Shown here piece after piece: positions 23,268-36,800 of a stretch of 64,000 nt of DNA. The DNA is from Monocercomonoides exilis PA203 (lineage: Eukaryota; Protista; Preaxostyla), in assembly GCA_001643675.2 (NCBI GenBank), contig LSRY02000011.1, positions 1,054,001 to 1,118,000 of the forward strand, in the 5' to 3' direction. Each line of letters starts with the position of its first letter. Position 1 is the first letter of the stretch. The position numbers and the translations under genes were made by a program. Under the pieces are notes generated by a model. It was not told the origin of the DNA and did no database searches. It worked only from the letters and a program-made list of their open reading frames with translations.

Positions 23268-25055
23268 ATGTCGTTAAGATCTAAAAAAGGAGAATACAGC
23301 GCTTATGATTCTTGCAGTTTTTGCTCTCGTGATAAATATTCAAAATTTTTAACCATTGCAAGAGCAAAATATGCAAGAGAGCAAGGTTTTGATGTAAATG
23401 CGCTGTATAATTTAAATCACGAAGAACTGAAACGTGAAAAACAGAATCGAGCTTTGAATTTTATTAGCGATGAATTATCCACAAGTCAAAATTTGCAAAC
23501 ACCTTCAGATGAGGAGCCAGTCAGCAAAGAAGAATTATCCCAAGAGCCTTCTGAAGATTCGCAGGAGCAACAACCGTCTAAAAAACAAGAGTTTAATAAA
23601 GGTGCAGAACTTCCATTAATACATCAAGATAGACCTTCAATTGTTGCGGATAATGAAAGTTCACTTCAAAAGAAAATGCCTAAGACAGTTCACAATGAAT
23701 CAGAAAAACATTCGTTCACCAGCAAACTAGAATTATCCAATGTTAAAATGGATTCATCTGAAAATACTTATAATCAGTCTTCTTTCGATTCCGAGAAAAG
23801 ACAGAAGGAATTGGAAGTTAAAACAGACGCTCAATGCTCTATGCAATCTTCAACGAAACATTCTGTTGATCCACTTTTTCCCAAAACAATGAACGAGAAG
23901 GCTTTAATTGCACATGATGATGGAATTGACGTGTATGCCTTTGTTCTTTCTCCGCTTAGTCTGACAAAAGATAAGATGCAGACATTTATTCATTCATCAC
24001 ATTCGCTACAGAAAGAAAAAACACCAAAAAAATCTCCTAAAAAATTGAAGGTCAAAGCTAAAGATCCAACCAAAAACAAGCAAAGAAAATCAAAGAAGGT
24101 TTCACAACATCAAGAAGAATCCATTCAATCAGATGAAATTGCAGCAACACATTCTGATTCATTTCCATCATCTCAAAAGCGTACAGACACACCTCCATCT
24201 TCGACAACCTCACCAGCTCATGATTTACGAAGCATCAAAATTCCAACTCAAAAGCCAGAGGCAGCGAATCATATGAAACACGAGCCGATACCACAGACGC
24301 CATATTCGACAGCTGAGCCGTTTTCTCCTTATGCTCTTCTCACACCACACGAACAGGACGAATTCCCAACAGATGCCTCTTTTGAGGCAAAAAGCGAAGG
24401 TGCGTTTCCGGATGCTGCTACAGACGAACTAAACGAATTAGACGAATTAGACGAATCAGATGAAAGTGATTCTTCGTGCAGTTCTTTGTCACTTCACATT
24501 GAAATTAGGGAAATACATTCACATCATCAAGAGAATGACAACTCCTCCTCATCCTCATCCTCCTCTTCATCTTCATCTTCATCATCAAAACATAAAGCTG
24601 TATCAGAACCAATATCACTGTCGTCATCATATTCTTCTTCTGGTAAATCAGAAGCTCCATCAACAACAAAGGCAACATCAACAAAACCAATTTCTTCTTC
24701 TTTGTCTTCAACTGCTCCTTTACCAAAATCAGTTCATTCATCTTCATCATCTTCCTTTTCTCCATCATCCACTTCATTGCAAAACCAACCATCTTCCACC
24801 AACACACCCAGTTCTTCAAGAAAAGCATCTCCACATTCAAATGCTGACATCACTTCTTCTCTTTCCTCTCGTCCTGCTTCTGCCAAAAACGCCTCTTTTT
24901 CCGGCAGCCAAAAAATTAACAGGCCAAATTCACATCGCAAACACACTTCTGTTGCTTATATTCCATCTCACAGTTTGAATTCGATCTCGCCGGCTTGTTC
25001 GAATCTGAATCTGAATCTGATGAAAGAGTACGATAAAAAGCCGGCGTGGAGATAA
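23268..25055 (+). CDS. 595-aa Ser-rich, largely disordered hypothetical protein
   Basis: Uninterrupted ATG-TAA ORF with AT-rich flanks; N-terminal CSFC motif. Confidence 0.75.
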   Translation: MSLRSKKGEYSAYDSCSFCSRDKYSKFLTIARAKYAREQGFDVNALYNLNHEELKREKQNRALNFISDELSTSQNLQTPSDEEPVSKEELSQEPSEDSQEQQPSKKQEFNKGAELPLIHQDRPSIVADNESSLQKKMPKTVHNESEKHSFTSKLELSNVKMDSSENTYNQSSFDSEKRQKELEVKTDAQCSMQSSTKHSVDPLFPKTMNEKALIAHDDGIDVYAFVLSPLSLTKDKMQTFIHSSHSLQKEKTPKKSPKKLKVKAKDPTKNKQRKSKKVSQHQEESIQSDEIAATHSDSFPSSQKRTDTPPSSTTSPAHDLRSIKIPTQKPEAANHMKHEPIPQTPYSTAEPFSPYALLTPHEQDEFPTDASFEAKSEGAFPDAATDELNELDELDESDESDSSCSSLSLHIEIREIHSHHQENDNSSSSSSSSSSSSSSSKHKAVSEPISLSSSYSSSGKSEAPSTTKATSTKPISSSLSSTAPLPKSVHSSSSSSFSPSSTSLQNQPSSTNTPSSSRKASPHSNADITSSLSSRPASAKNASFSGSQKINRPNSHRKHTSVAYIPSHSLNSISPACSNLNLNLMKEYDKKPAWR

Positions 25056-25911
25056 AGTCTATTGAAATTCAATATTATTTTTATTGTTTTATTTTTTAAA
25101 TGTGATGTTGTGCTTATTTTAAGCTGTAATTTAAGCATTTTATTTTTCTTTTGATTTTTTCTGTGAGCGTTTGAGTTTGAGTCTGTGTGTTTTCGAATAG
25201 TTCTGATTTTATTTGAGTTAAAAATTCATGCTTTAAATAAAGACTGCAATTGAATGCAATTAAGCAAACTTGTGATATATTCTTAAAAAGAAATTAGCCA
25301 ATTTCAATTTCAAACAGATTTTGGTTCAGATTATTTTAGATTTTTTTAAAAACATAATTCAAAAAATATGAACTTCAATTTGTTTTGAAATCCATTAGCA
25401 TTCTCATTTGAAGTGTTTATAGAATTCATTCTGTGGAAATTTTTATCAAAATTATTTAAAAAGACATTTAGAAAAAATGGCCAATGATGTTTCAAAACAA
25501 TCGAGAACTTTTGAAAGGTGCTGTTGTGAAAGAAATGAATTCATCATGCAATTTTGTTAACACAATACAATAATACAACATGGTGAAAAAAAACAAAAAT
25601 AAATTCATCAAAAAGAAAAAGATTGGACAAGGAAAGCAAAGCAAACAATTCAAAATTTCAAATAGACACAACAATAACAAACATAATTATCTTAACATTA
25701 TTTTCCTTTCAAACAACAATAAAAACAGAATAATAAAAATGAACTGCAAAATGAAGAGCAACTGAAAAATTGTTTCAAAACGAAAAACACATTTCAATTT
25801 CTGAATTTCATCAGTAACACAAAAATATATTCTCAACTAATTTTTCCTTTCCATTTATTAAAACAAACAAATAAATAATCCAAAAATAAAGCATTAATAT
25901 TAAAAAAATTC

Positions 25912-28900
25912 TCATTTCGTATAAAACTGCTGCGTTAGCTGCGAATCTGAAGAAGGGTTGCCCAATCTGTACGTGCTTGATGACATAAACAGCGGAGACG
26001 GCTTTTGTGTTGGAGCACCAACAAGAGGCTGAAGGACTGGCATGGATGCCGATGATGGAATAGACGCCGAGGGAAACGCAGAAGGTGAAGAAGTAGAAGG
26101 AGAAGAAGAAGGCAAAACTGGTGGCAAAACCGGAGGCAAAGCAGAAGACGAAGCCGAAGCCGAACCTTCAAATCCAGCTCCGTCTATTGGTTTCAATGAA
26201 TTTGTGCGCTGCTGCTGTTGCCCAGGCGATTGTGGCGGAGTGTCTCTGCGTCTGTGTGAAAGCTCAGGTCGGGCAGAAAGCGGATGCAGACGAGCAGGCG
26301 GGCCATATTGCTGAGACCGGGGCGACTGCAGCGGTGCGAAAGAGGCTGGGTGATATGGCTGGTATGACGTGTGAGGCAAGGCAGAGTAGAAAGGTGGAGG
26401 GTAGAAAGGAGAGGGAAGCATATGAGGAGGAGGAGGATAAACAGGAGGGTACATTGGAGGAGCATAAGGAGCATAGGGAGAATAGGAAGGCGGGTATCCG
26501 TAAGCAGGATTGGTGAGTTGATTGGGCAGATGATGATAGAGCTGAAGTGGAGCTGGGCCAGTAGTGGCATTTGCTGGAGTGCGCATCCGTGGCTGTGAAG
26601 GAGAGAGTGAATGAGAATGAGAATGGGAATGTGAAAGAGAAAGAGAAGGTGAAGGTGAAATGGAAGAATGCGCTTGCTTCTCTGCTTCCTTTCTCTGCAG
26701 TCTGTCCAGTTTCCTCTGAATCACACCTATTTCCTTGTCATAGTGCAATATGCGCTCCACCGCCTCCCTCTCCAGCCGCAGCGACTCGCCCAGGAGGACC
26801 TCGTCTTTCTCTCTCTCTTCCCTCGCCCTTCTCCTGTGCCGGCTGCTCACACCGCGCGAATGCCGGGTGTGCTCTTCCTCTCTTCGCTCTCTTCCTTCCA
26901 TTCGCTCTCTTATCTTCGCCGTCTCTCGCTCAATCAGCTGCAGAATCTTCGCCCCTTGCTCCCGGTTCGACTGCAGCATCAGCTGCCGCTTCAGAAGCTC
27001 TTCTGCTGTTTCCCCAATATATTCATCTTCTTCATCATTTCTCTCTTCTTTTCCATCCTTTCTAAAATCTTGTGTCATTCTTTCTTTCTTCTCTGGATCC
27101 TTGTTTGCTGAATCTTCTCCTGAATTTTGTGCATGTGGAGCAGAATGCAACCGTTTCACCACATCTGGTGGTGAACAGCTTCTATCATCATTATCACTAT
27201 CTTTATCATTATCATCTTCTTCTCCTTTGCCTTTTTCCTTTCCATTCATTTTACGCTTCTCATCTTCTCCTTCATCTTCTTCGCTGTCTGATGCAAAGAA
27301 CTGGCTGAGTGCGTCATTCCCCAGTTTTCCAACCTGTTCTTCCTTTCTCCTCTTCCGCTGCTCCTTCTTCTCCTTCTTCCTCTTCGCCCGCTCGCTCTTC
27401 AGCTCTTCCTCGCTCATCTTCTGCCGCATCTTCTCCTTCATCTGCTTGTCCAGCTTGTCTTCTGCCCTTTCTCTCATCCGCTGCATCGCCACAATCGATT
27501 TGATGTACGCCTTCTGCAGTGCCCCGTGCTGTGTCGTCGGCGGCTGCTCAAACAAAGTCGGTGGAAGCATCTTCAGAATCTCCTCTTCATCTCTCTTCTT
27601 CTCTTCCTCTTTCCTCCTTTTTTTCTCTTCTGCTTTCCTCCTCTTCTCTTCTTCTGCTTCAGCTTCCATTTTTTTCTTCCTTTCCTCTTCTGCAGCCATC
27701 TCCATCATCTGCTGCTTCTCTCTTTCTGCTGCGATGTCTTCCATTCTTCTTCCAAGTACAGCTGCATTCAACCCATTCAATGGCATCATCTGTCCCATCT
27801 GTCCCATCTGTCCCATCTGTCCCATCTGTCCCATATGCCCCATTTGTGCCATCTGCATCTGCATTTGCATCTGCTGCTGCTGTAGCATCGCCTGCTGTAT
27901 CATGTTCAGCTTCTCTGCTCCTCCAGGCTGTGCATTCTGCTCCTCCTCTGCTTTCTCCTCTTCCAGCGACGGCAGCCCCACTGCTGCCCTTTCCTTGTTC
28001 TCCTTCTCGTTGATCTCCTCCACCTTCGCCGCCAGCAACGCCATATGCTTTCTCTCTTCTTCTTCCATCTCACTTGCCCCTCCTCTTGCTCCTCCTCCAA
28101 ATCCAACGCCCATCCCCGCAGCACCAGCCATACCAACAGGCAACGCGCCACCACCACCAGCAGCAGAAGCAGCCTGCACCTCTGACAAGTTCTGCCCACG
28201 TGGAGAATTCAGTCCCCCAAACGCCATCGCCGCATTCAGTGCGAGTGACGCTTTCCTCGCCAGCAGATGCTGCTGTTGCTGTTGTTGTTCAAGCCTCGCC
28301 CGCTCAGATGGCAGAAGAATTGTGTCTGTGCGCTGAGCATTCGCCAGCATTCCTTCTGCACTGCCAAATGGCGCTTGCGCTGAAGGAATAACAGCTGCTG
28401 CAGTTGAAGCCTCTGCAGCTCCTGTGTTCCTGTAGACGGAATTTGTATCAAATCCCTCTGCACTCTCTTCGTTTCCAAACTCGTCTGTGGAGATCACACC
28501 GGGTGTTGGCTGCAATCCTGCTGCCGGGCTGATCGGAGATGGGTCTATGTGCACCAGCTTCGCATCGATGCGGACAGACGAATACTCCTTCTCATCTAGC
28601 GGCTCCAAAACAACATCGCTCAGGGAGAACAGGAAGGAATCTGTTGGCGATGCTGATACACTGGGTGCTTTGGGCTTGATCATGTACTCGTCCATCAGGG
28701 GAAGCAGGCCGACGGCGCTGCGCACCAGAAACGTGGGCACTTTCCCGCTCAGCTGCGAAAGAGAGCCGCCCACACCGCTGCCGGAGTCCCGCACAATCAG
28801 CGCGTCTGCTGCTTGCGCTTGGGAAGAAGGAGAATCAGAGGAAATTTGCGGGTTGTTGGGGTCTTTGCCTTGATTCCCAGGGAAAGAAGAAGGAGAAGAA

Positions 28901-31844
28901 GGAGGAGGCTGTGATGGAGCAAGCTGCGATCTATTGTTGACGAGTGGCGAGTAGAACTCCACAGCAATGCACGAGTGTGGCTGGTGCACAACATCTGGTG
29001 TCACAAACGACGCGAAATCGGCTGCCCATCCAGCACACGAAAAGAAGGAGACGCCCAAAAGAGGAGAAGCTGGCGGGAGTGGTGTGGCATAAAGCACTTG
29101 CAGCTGCTGGATGGGAGGCAGAGCGCTGGGCACATCGAAGTTCAGGGTGCTCAATGGAGGCAGATCCGACGTCGGCAGCCGAAGTGGGACGCAGATGAAA
29201 GGGAGCGAGGCGTGCGAGAAGCCGTCAGCGGGGTATTCTGGCAGTGGTATACCAGACACCATGCGTTGCTCAGAGCCAAGTGGACTTTGAGGACTTTGCT
29301 GACTTTGATTGCCTTGCGGACTGAGAGGCCCGCTCTGTCCTGAAGCAGCTGAAGAAGAAGAAGAAGATGATGATGATGATGTGTCCGGGAGCTCTGAAGT
29401 GATGCTCTGCCAGTATGCAATCTTGTTTGGCACAGCACGCGCAACGATCACCGGTGGGTAAGGCGCTTTCTCCTTCAGCACAGGGTTGGAGAAGACACCG
29501 ACATTTAATGACATGGTGGGCATTGGGAAGCGGCGGCGGATGCGTTTCTGGTGTGAGACGCGTAGCCCCATCGACAGGGCGATGCCGCTCTGCTCGTCCA
29601 CAAAGCGCACAAGAAACGTCTCGTTCGCGGCAGTCGCGGCCTGTGCCAGGGAAAGCATGAAGCGCGACACGACAAGCTCGCCGGGTGTGGACAAGGAAGA
29701 GGTAGGAGGGAGAGAAGGAGGATGCTGTGGTTGCTGAGAGTTCTGCTCTGGAGCAGCTGAGGAAGGAGAAGGTGGGATGGTCGAAGTGACTGGTCGTGGG
29801 TTCAGAGGAAGAGCTATTAAAGACACTATCAGAGGAGCTCTCATGTCGGAGATGAGAAGAAGCTCTTCGAAGAAATAGCTGGTGAAATCAAGGATGTTAT
29901 CATGATTTGTGTTCCAATGAATATACATTCACATATATTCAATTCAAAATGATAAAATATGTACATTCAAATATTATCAAAAAAAAATCATCAAATTAAA
30001 ATTGTTTTAATAAAGTTTCAAAATAAAATTATTTAAAAAAAAAAAAAGATAAAGATAAAAGGCAAGCAAACCCTCTTTCCGTCTTCTCCTTCAGCACGTA
30101 CTTCCCTCCATCCTCGACCCACTCTGAGTCAAACACCGCCCTGCCGCTCTGAATCGTCTCGTTCTTCCCGTCCAGCGTCTGCACACGCACAATCAGCCTC
30201 CGCGGGAGCGTCGGCGGATACCTCATTTCAGCCACGTTGATGTGCTGCACCCGCCCCTCACCTTGCTCTCCTTTTGCTTCATTCATCACATCTCCCGCTG
30301 CATTTTGACTGCCTGGCAGCATTTGGCTGCGGACGCTTGTATTTGCAGTGCCCCTGCAGCCGACGCTGGTCGCACTGGCTGTGCTCCTTGCGCTTTCTGC
30401 TCTTTCTCCTCCGCCGCCACTTCCTCCGTCTCCTTTCCGCTTCGATACGTTGCACCGCTGCTTCATCTCGATCTGCTGCATCATCAGGCTGATCTTGTCG
30501 ACAAGCGGGTGCTTCGCCCGCGCATTCGCCTCGACCCAAAACAGAAGCACCTGCACAGCCATCGGCCTCGTTGGTAGCGGTGGCGGCGCTTGTATGGCAA
30601 GCTGAGAATTATCACTTGCAGCTGAAGAAGTGCCAGGGATGCCTTGGTTCTGAGCTGCAGGCTGTTGAGTCTGTGAATCACTTTGTTCAACAGCTTGCTG
30701 CTGCTGTAAAGGCGAAAGCGGTGAAGTTGAAGAATACCCCTGCTGTGTGGCTGGATCCTGTGCATTTGGCTGCTTTTGCTGCATTTTCTGCATTCCCATG
30801 ATAGCCCCCGCAACGCCTTTCATGTGCAGCCCCATTCCTTGCTTCAGCAGCCGGGCTCTGATCTCTCCCAGCTGAATGGGCAGGTAGAGCGCATTTGGCT
30901 TGATGCGGATGAGTCTGACCTCCACGTTCACAACTGCAGAGACCTTGTCGTTTTTCACCCAGCTTTCGAGCCGCCTGGGACTGGAGTGTGAGTCTTGCCT
31001 TCTCAAGCTATCGCTTTCTGAGCTCGAACTGGGGTTGCTTGTTTCGAGACATTCGTCAAAAACGATGTGAAGCGCATCATCAACAGGATTCGTTGGACGA
31101 GAAGCCTTCCATCCCTCGACTCCGCTGCTTTTTGTAATTTCATCTTTTTTGCTGTTATTTTTACTCGTTTCGCTATTGAAATTGTATTTTCCATAAATCC
31201 ACATTCCCATTGTATTTGGAAGCAATTTAGACATAAGTCTTTCATCGTTACTCATCGGCATCAATAAATATAAAGGAAATCCAGTTTGAAGGCTTGAAAG
31301 CTGCTCATTAAATTCCACTGTTCCAGAACCAAGTAATATTGACTGTGCACCCTGTTGCAAATCAGTTGATCTATGAATTGCATAAGCAGATATGGTCATA
31401 GTCTGCTTTTGAATTGTGAATTCTGAAGGTACAACTAAAAAAACACTTTCTTTAAATATATCTCTAAGAAAAGAGCGGACCCCAATCAAAAATATGTTTA
31501 GAGTATCTTGGAAGATCAGTGCTTTGGCATATATCTGTCAACAACTCTTTTCCACACAACTCTTCATTTCCAAATCTAATTCCAATGAACGAATCTTCTT
31601 TATCCTTCCATTTAAAAACAAAAAATAGAGAAAATAAATGTTTTCAAAAAAAGTTAAAACAAAAACATGGCAATATCGGTTTTTCATTAAATAGCTTTCA
31701 AACCCTCAGATTTACACAAAATATTCTTATTCGAAGAATTGCCATTTCTTGACGTCCATACAATGAAAGAAAAGCAGAAGCATCTGTTGATTCGTTTAAA
31801 ATAAAAGAGGAAATTGCTGGTGAATCTGTAGCAACTTCATTCAT
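25912..31844 (-). CDS. Large multi-exon protein, CCDC33-like (C2-domain-related segments, coiled coil, Pro/Gln-rich tails)
   Basis: Probable ATG at 31844 (MNEVATDSP...LRIRIFCVNLR, then GT). Long exons in ORFs 30029-31489 and 25912-29928 are separated by an AT-rich intron. Motifs PVIVARAVPN, LNFDVP, IAVEFYS and VGLLPL occur in the order I recall for CCDC33. CDS is confident; family is tentative. Confidence 0.7.
27786..27885. repeat. 9-bp coding tandem repeat (CATCTGTCC)n encoding QMG repeats, next to QM repeats and poly-Q
   Basis: Directly visible; minus-strand translation QQQQMQMQMQMAQMGHMGQMGQMGQMGQMGQMM. Confidence 0.9.
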
Positions 31845-32449
31845 CCAGAAAAATTATGACAAAAAATAGAATTTTTATTATAATGGCCATCAAATTATTT
31901 TCGACTCTGTTCAGAGAAAAAAGATATCTTGTTTTAACCATATAATATATATTTTTTGAACTGATGATGAAACAAATGAAATGTTAAATTTTATTTTCTT
32001 TTTATTGAAAAATTCAATTTTCAAACCACATTCTTAAAATATAATGCTGCTATGAATATAATGGAATCAAATTCCTTTGCAATATAATATTTATTGATTT
32101 AACACTCAAAGATTTTATATTTATTTCACTTTGATTGTTGATATTCAGAAAACCCATAAAACATTTACGAAAAGTTTTCGTTTTCTTTTTCTTCATAATT
32201 GGAACATAGAATTTCAATATAAAGATGGAACGTGTGAGCATTTGCACGTTAACAGCGATTTTGAACTTTTTCATTTTATGTATTTCTTCTGTCCAAATAT
32301 GTGCATATTTAAAATTAATTATTAAAATATGTATTTTTCATGGCTGAAATGAATTTTTAAAAAACAAGAGAAGGACAACTTAAAAATAATTTCTGAGTTG
32401 GATACATTATTGCACAAAAGCATTGAATGTTGCTGTACTTTCTTTTTTT

Positions 32450-33340
32450 TTTGAAGATATGTTTTCTTATCTTGAAGATTGCACAGAAAGTGAACAGAAA
32501 CAGAAAAAAGGAGAACTGATTGTATTTGAAAAAGAGATGGATGAGAATGAATTGTTATTTCACTTCTCAATCGATCTGTTTAATTTCATAGAAGGAATGA
32601 TTGAAGAAAATTAACTTTTAATGCAAAATACAACTTAGTAACTTTAACTTGTGTGATATTGCATTTTGAAGAAAAGATTTTTCACTTAAAGCTTTGAATA
32701 TTCCACATTGAACGGAAGATTAATAAAGAAGAGAATTGAAAAAGATGATAAAAGAAGAGAAGAATGAAAAGTTTCTTCCTGATTCGTTTAAATGCTTTAT
32801 TCAACTGAAAGCTGGCATTTATTTGGAAATGTTTTCTGTGTGTGTGCCTTGTCTTCTGAAAGTTGCATAAAGGAAAGAGAAAAACGAAGAAGTTCAAAAA
32901 GAAGTGAAAATGGCATTTGCTAACATTGAACAGTCATTAGTAATTGGTAGCACGCTTTTCTTTTTCGATTTTGATAATATTGATGTTTTCATATTTGATT
33001 AGAAATTGGATGAAGAGCAGCATTTGAATGAAATCAAAGAAATTGTCCAATATCATCAGGAACATCACAACCTGTCTTGTCTTGCTTGTCAGCCAGCCAA
33101 AAGGAGCCGAAGAGTTTGTTTTTGTTGCATCTGATTAATTGAGAATTTGCCAGTCAGGTGGAGCAACTGATGGAAGCAGAAGCTGAGAGGAGAAATCGGA
33201 AACACACAACGATCTGAGCATGAACTTCGATGAGGAACCGAAAAGAGATGGCAGGAGAAAAAACGGAAGAGAAGAAGAGAAGAAGGGGGATGTTTTCAAT
33301 AAATCTGGGTTTATTACCAAGCAAATAGTTGCAATTCATT
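32450..33340 (+). pseudogene. Decayed copy of a helical-repeat multicopy hypothetical protein family
   Basis: Fragments FSYLEDCTESEQKQKK..EMDENE..LFNFIEGMIEEN*, RIEKMIKEEKNEKFL..SVCVPCLLKVA*RKEKNEEVQKEVKMA and LNEIKEIVQYHQEHHNL. These resemble a highly expanded Monocercomonoides family as I recall it; stops and frameshifts are present. Confidence 0.65.
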
Positions 33341-33805
33341 CAATTTCATCATTTTTTGATGATCACCAGTCAAAGGAAAAAAATAATTATTATCAATCAT
33401 TCATTCTGAAAACACACAATATCACTTGATTTTGCTTCAACGCATTTGAATTGTGCATCGATAATTGCTTGTCCGATCATTCATTTGCTCGATTGTTGTG
33501 TCAAATGATCATCTGAAGCGGCAACCACAAAAAAATCTCTCAGATGTGTATTTCTTTCATTTTGAAAAAGAAAAAGCATTGAATTGAGTTGATTAAGGAA
33601 AGAAAACAAGAAAGGAATTATAATGGGAAAATAACACAACAAACAAAAACAACAAAGCGGAAGATCTGCACTTGCACAGCACCTCCGTGAGGCAACCCAA
33701 GTGCACAAACACACAAACACCCAAATTCACAGTCACATCCATCAATTCTAGCATTTGACAAGTTCCAACTGAAACTGTCCTTCTCCATCGTTTCTTGGAA
33801 GCACC

Positions 33806-36800
33806 TCATTGATTTCTCTCATTCTCAACTTCTGTGGTTCTTCTCTTCACTTGGCTTTTGCCTGCTCCGTCCCCAACTCTGCCTCCAACATTGTTGTCTC
33901 CCTCGCATCCATCATCACTGTCACATATGGCATCTGACTGAGTGATCAGCATGGCTGCCCCAGGCATCCTCTCGAACATCATCCGACGAACATCAACAAG
34001 CCTCGGCCTGTCTTCTCCAGCACTCATCAAGCAGCTCCTCGCAATGTTTTCAAACTTCACGCTTTCCATCTTCTTCACATCCGGCCTTTCTCCATGGACA
34101 ATCTTCTGCCCAGCCGTCTCCGCGTCATACTCTCCAAATGGAATTTGCAGAGTCAGGCACTCCCACAGCATCATCCCAATCGAAAACACAACTGACTCCT
34201 TTGTTGCCCCCAACTTCTTGTTCATCATCAGTTCTGGTGCCTTCCATCTCAAACACTCTTTTTTGAATTCGTCCTCTTCCTCAAATGCTGATGAGGGAAG
34301 AGAGTCATCCTCATCATCACTGGCAGATGTCACAACAGTTGATGAAGAGATGGATGATGATTCTGAATCATCATCCAGCAAAATGTCAGAATGCATCACA
34401 ATGCAGATCACCATATGCTCGGAGAACAGAACAATGTGAGGACTCAAATTTTCAAGTGATTGAAGTGGAATTTCCATTTCATCAAATGAGTGGAGTGCAC
34501 CGTTCGCCACCCAGAACAAAATCTGAGCTGCTGTCACCTCCCTCTCCTGCAAACTTCCTATTGCCATCTCCTTTGTCTTGTTCTTTCCATGAAGCAGCAT
34601 GAACAGTGAATCCCTCAGATCAACAATCAGTTTCTCATGAGGAGACGAGCAGGCCATTGCATCCACCAGATTCGACATGGACGAGGTGGTTGGGCACAAC
34701 TCCTCCCCACGAACAAAAGTCGAATCTGAGTCAGTTGTTGAAGTGGATGAGACCGATGGAGATGGTGTTCTCTTCCTAATCTCTTCTTCTTCATCTTTCT
34801 CCAGCACCCATTCTGGTATCTTATCTGAATCTCTTCCCAAAATGTATTCTGTTGATCCACTCTCAGACAGAAGATGCTCGGATGACTCTGAATGTCCCAA
34901 GCTTTTCTCATACACCCTCTTCTTTATCCTCTCTTCATTCTTCTTCTCTGCATCCCTCTCTGCTCTCCTCCACTGATCTTCAGGTGACATCTCCATTGTC
35001 ACCATCTCGATTAGCTTTGGATCTTTTCTCACTGAATCATTCACTATCTCTCTCAAATCTTGAGCTTCAGTCTTTGCCCTTCTCCATCGAACTGCCAGAA
35101 CAACAGACACAATAAGAACGATTATCAATATGATGCCCATGATTATAACAATCAACAACAAATAAGATTTACCTTCTTTTCCCCCTTCAACAATTCTCTC
35201 ATCTCCTTTTCCAACACTTTCACTCCTGTTCTTCACAATAAATGACTCAGTTGATGAAGGAGAATCAACTTTTCCAAACAGAATGCACACGCTCACTTCT
35301 GTCTCGTCTCTCACTTTCTCCAATTCTGAAGATGAAATAATTGAATGGATCTCATTCTCTGAAGCAAAACAATCTTCATCAATTCCCATTCTCACTATTT
35401 CCTCTTCATCTCCATTTTTCATGCTTATCTTCAACGACAAATCACATGGCAGAAGCAGCTTCCCATGAATGATCAATTCCAATTCGCATGATGGCTGGCT
35501 TGCATTCTTCACATCTTCCAGAATTGGAATAAAAAAGGGAGATGCTCTTTCAGCTGCTATCCCTCCCAATCTGCATCCCTCATCCAATATCCAAAGTGAA
35601 GAATTATCTTTCAATCCATCTCCCCCTTTCACACTCACAACATTCAATTCGCTATTCTCTGTGCAGATGATATTCCTTCGAACTGATGGATATTCCTCAA
35701 TATCGGGGTTGTTGTTCTCGAATTCTCCCTTCTCAATAACAACACTTCCACCTGATAAAGAGAGCCCTCCTTTCTTCGAGTTGCTGATTGTGGTGTCATT
35801 CATAGTCAAATTGCTTGAAATGGCATCCACTACTGATCCCTTCCACTTGCAAACCTCTTCTGTTCTTCCATTTGTTTTCTTTTCTTCTCTTGCTTCTTCC
35901 TCCAAATCCCCAGAGAACCTGCACAGATCAAACCTCACATTGGCACAATTGCTCACCGACACAATCGATCCTTTCTCCTTTTCGCTTAAACACTTTCCAA
36001 ATGAACAATTCGATAACACTTCATCCTTCGCCAAATTCTGCATTTTCACCACACATCCACTTCTTGAGAGAGTGATGTTCTGAACATCCAACTCCTTCAT
36101 CTCCACTTCCGCTCTGTCTCCAACTTCAATCACATTTCCCTCTGATTCGAAATCATCTATTTTTGTTTCTGATATGGTTGCTTTCGATTCTCCAATGAAT
36201 TCAATCAAAGGCACAGACAATTTCATTCTCGTGAACACACACTTGTCCATCTCCAGCTCTCCTCCTTCAACTCCCATTATTGTGCTGTGAATGGTCAATT
36301 CTGTTGCAGATGTTAAGCATTCGCACTCACTCATCTCTGTTGTCCCGTTCTTCACTTTCATTATGCAGCTGTGACTCGATGAAAACTGTTCTCCAAACTC
36401 AAACACACACCTCTCCACAACACACTCATTCACAAATGTGACCATGTTCCCTTCATTTCCCATCTCTTGAACAGTTGCATTGAAATGGACTGTTGCCTTC
36501 ACCTTCTTCATTGGCTTCACACTCACGTCTCCCATCACACATTCTCCTCCAATGTCCCCTTCTCCATCAATAAAAATCACATTCATGATCCCCTTTTGAA
36601 TGTGAGACACTCCGTGGCTGATGCTTTTGCATGGATTCGTCTGCTCTCCGCACTGTCTGATATCCCTCCCATTCACACACACAAACACCTGCTGCCCATA
36701 ATAGAATGTGACCAGCGGGATCAGATCAATATCTCTTTTCTCTTCGTCGCTTCCACAAATCGAGTTGTTCGACTTCAGAGCATCCTGGCTGAAGTCCAGC

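Noticed and set aside
26750-28336. 528-aa + strand ORF with ICPICP repeats that look like a metal-binding motif
   Set aside because: Antisense shadow of the Glu/Lys/Gln-rich minus-strand gene; the Cys repeats are the reverse complement of QMG codons.
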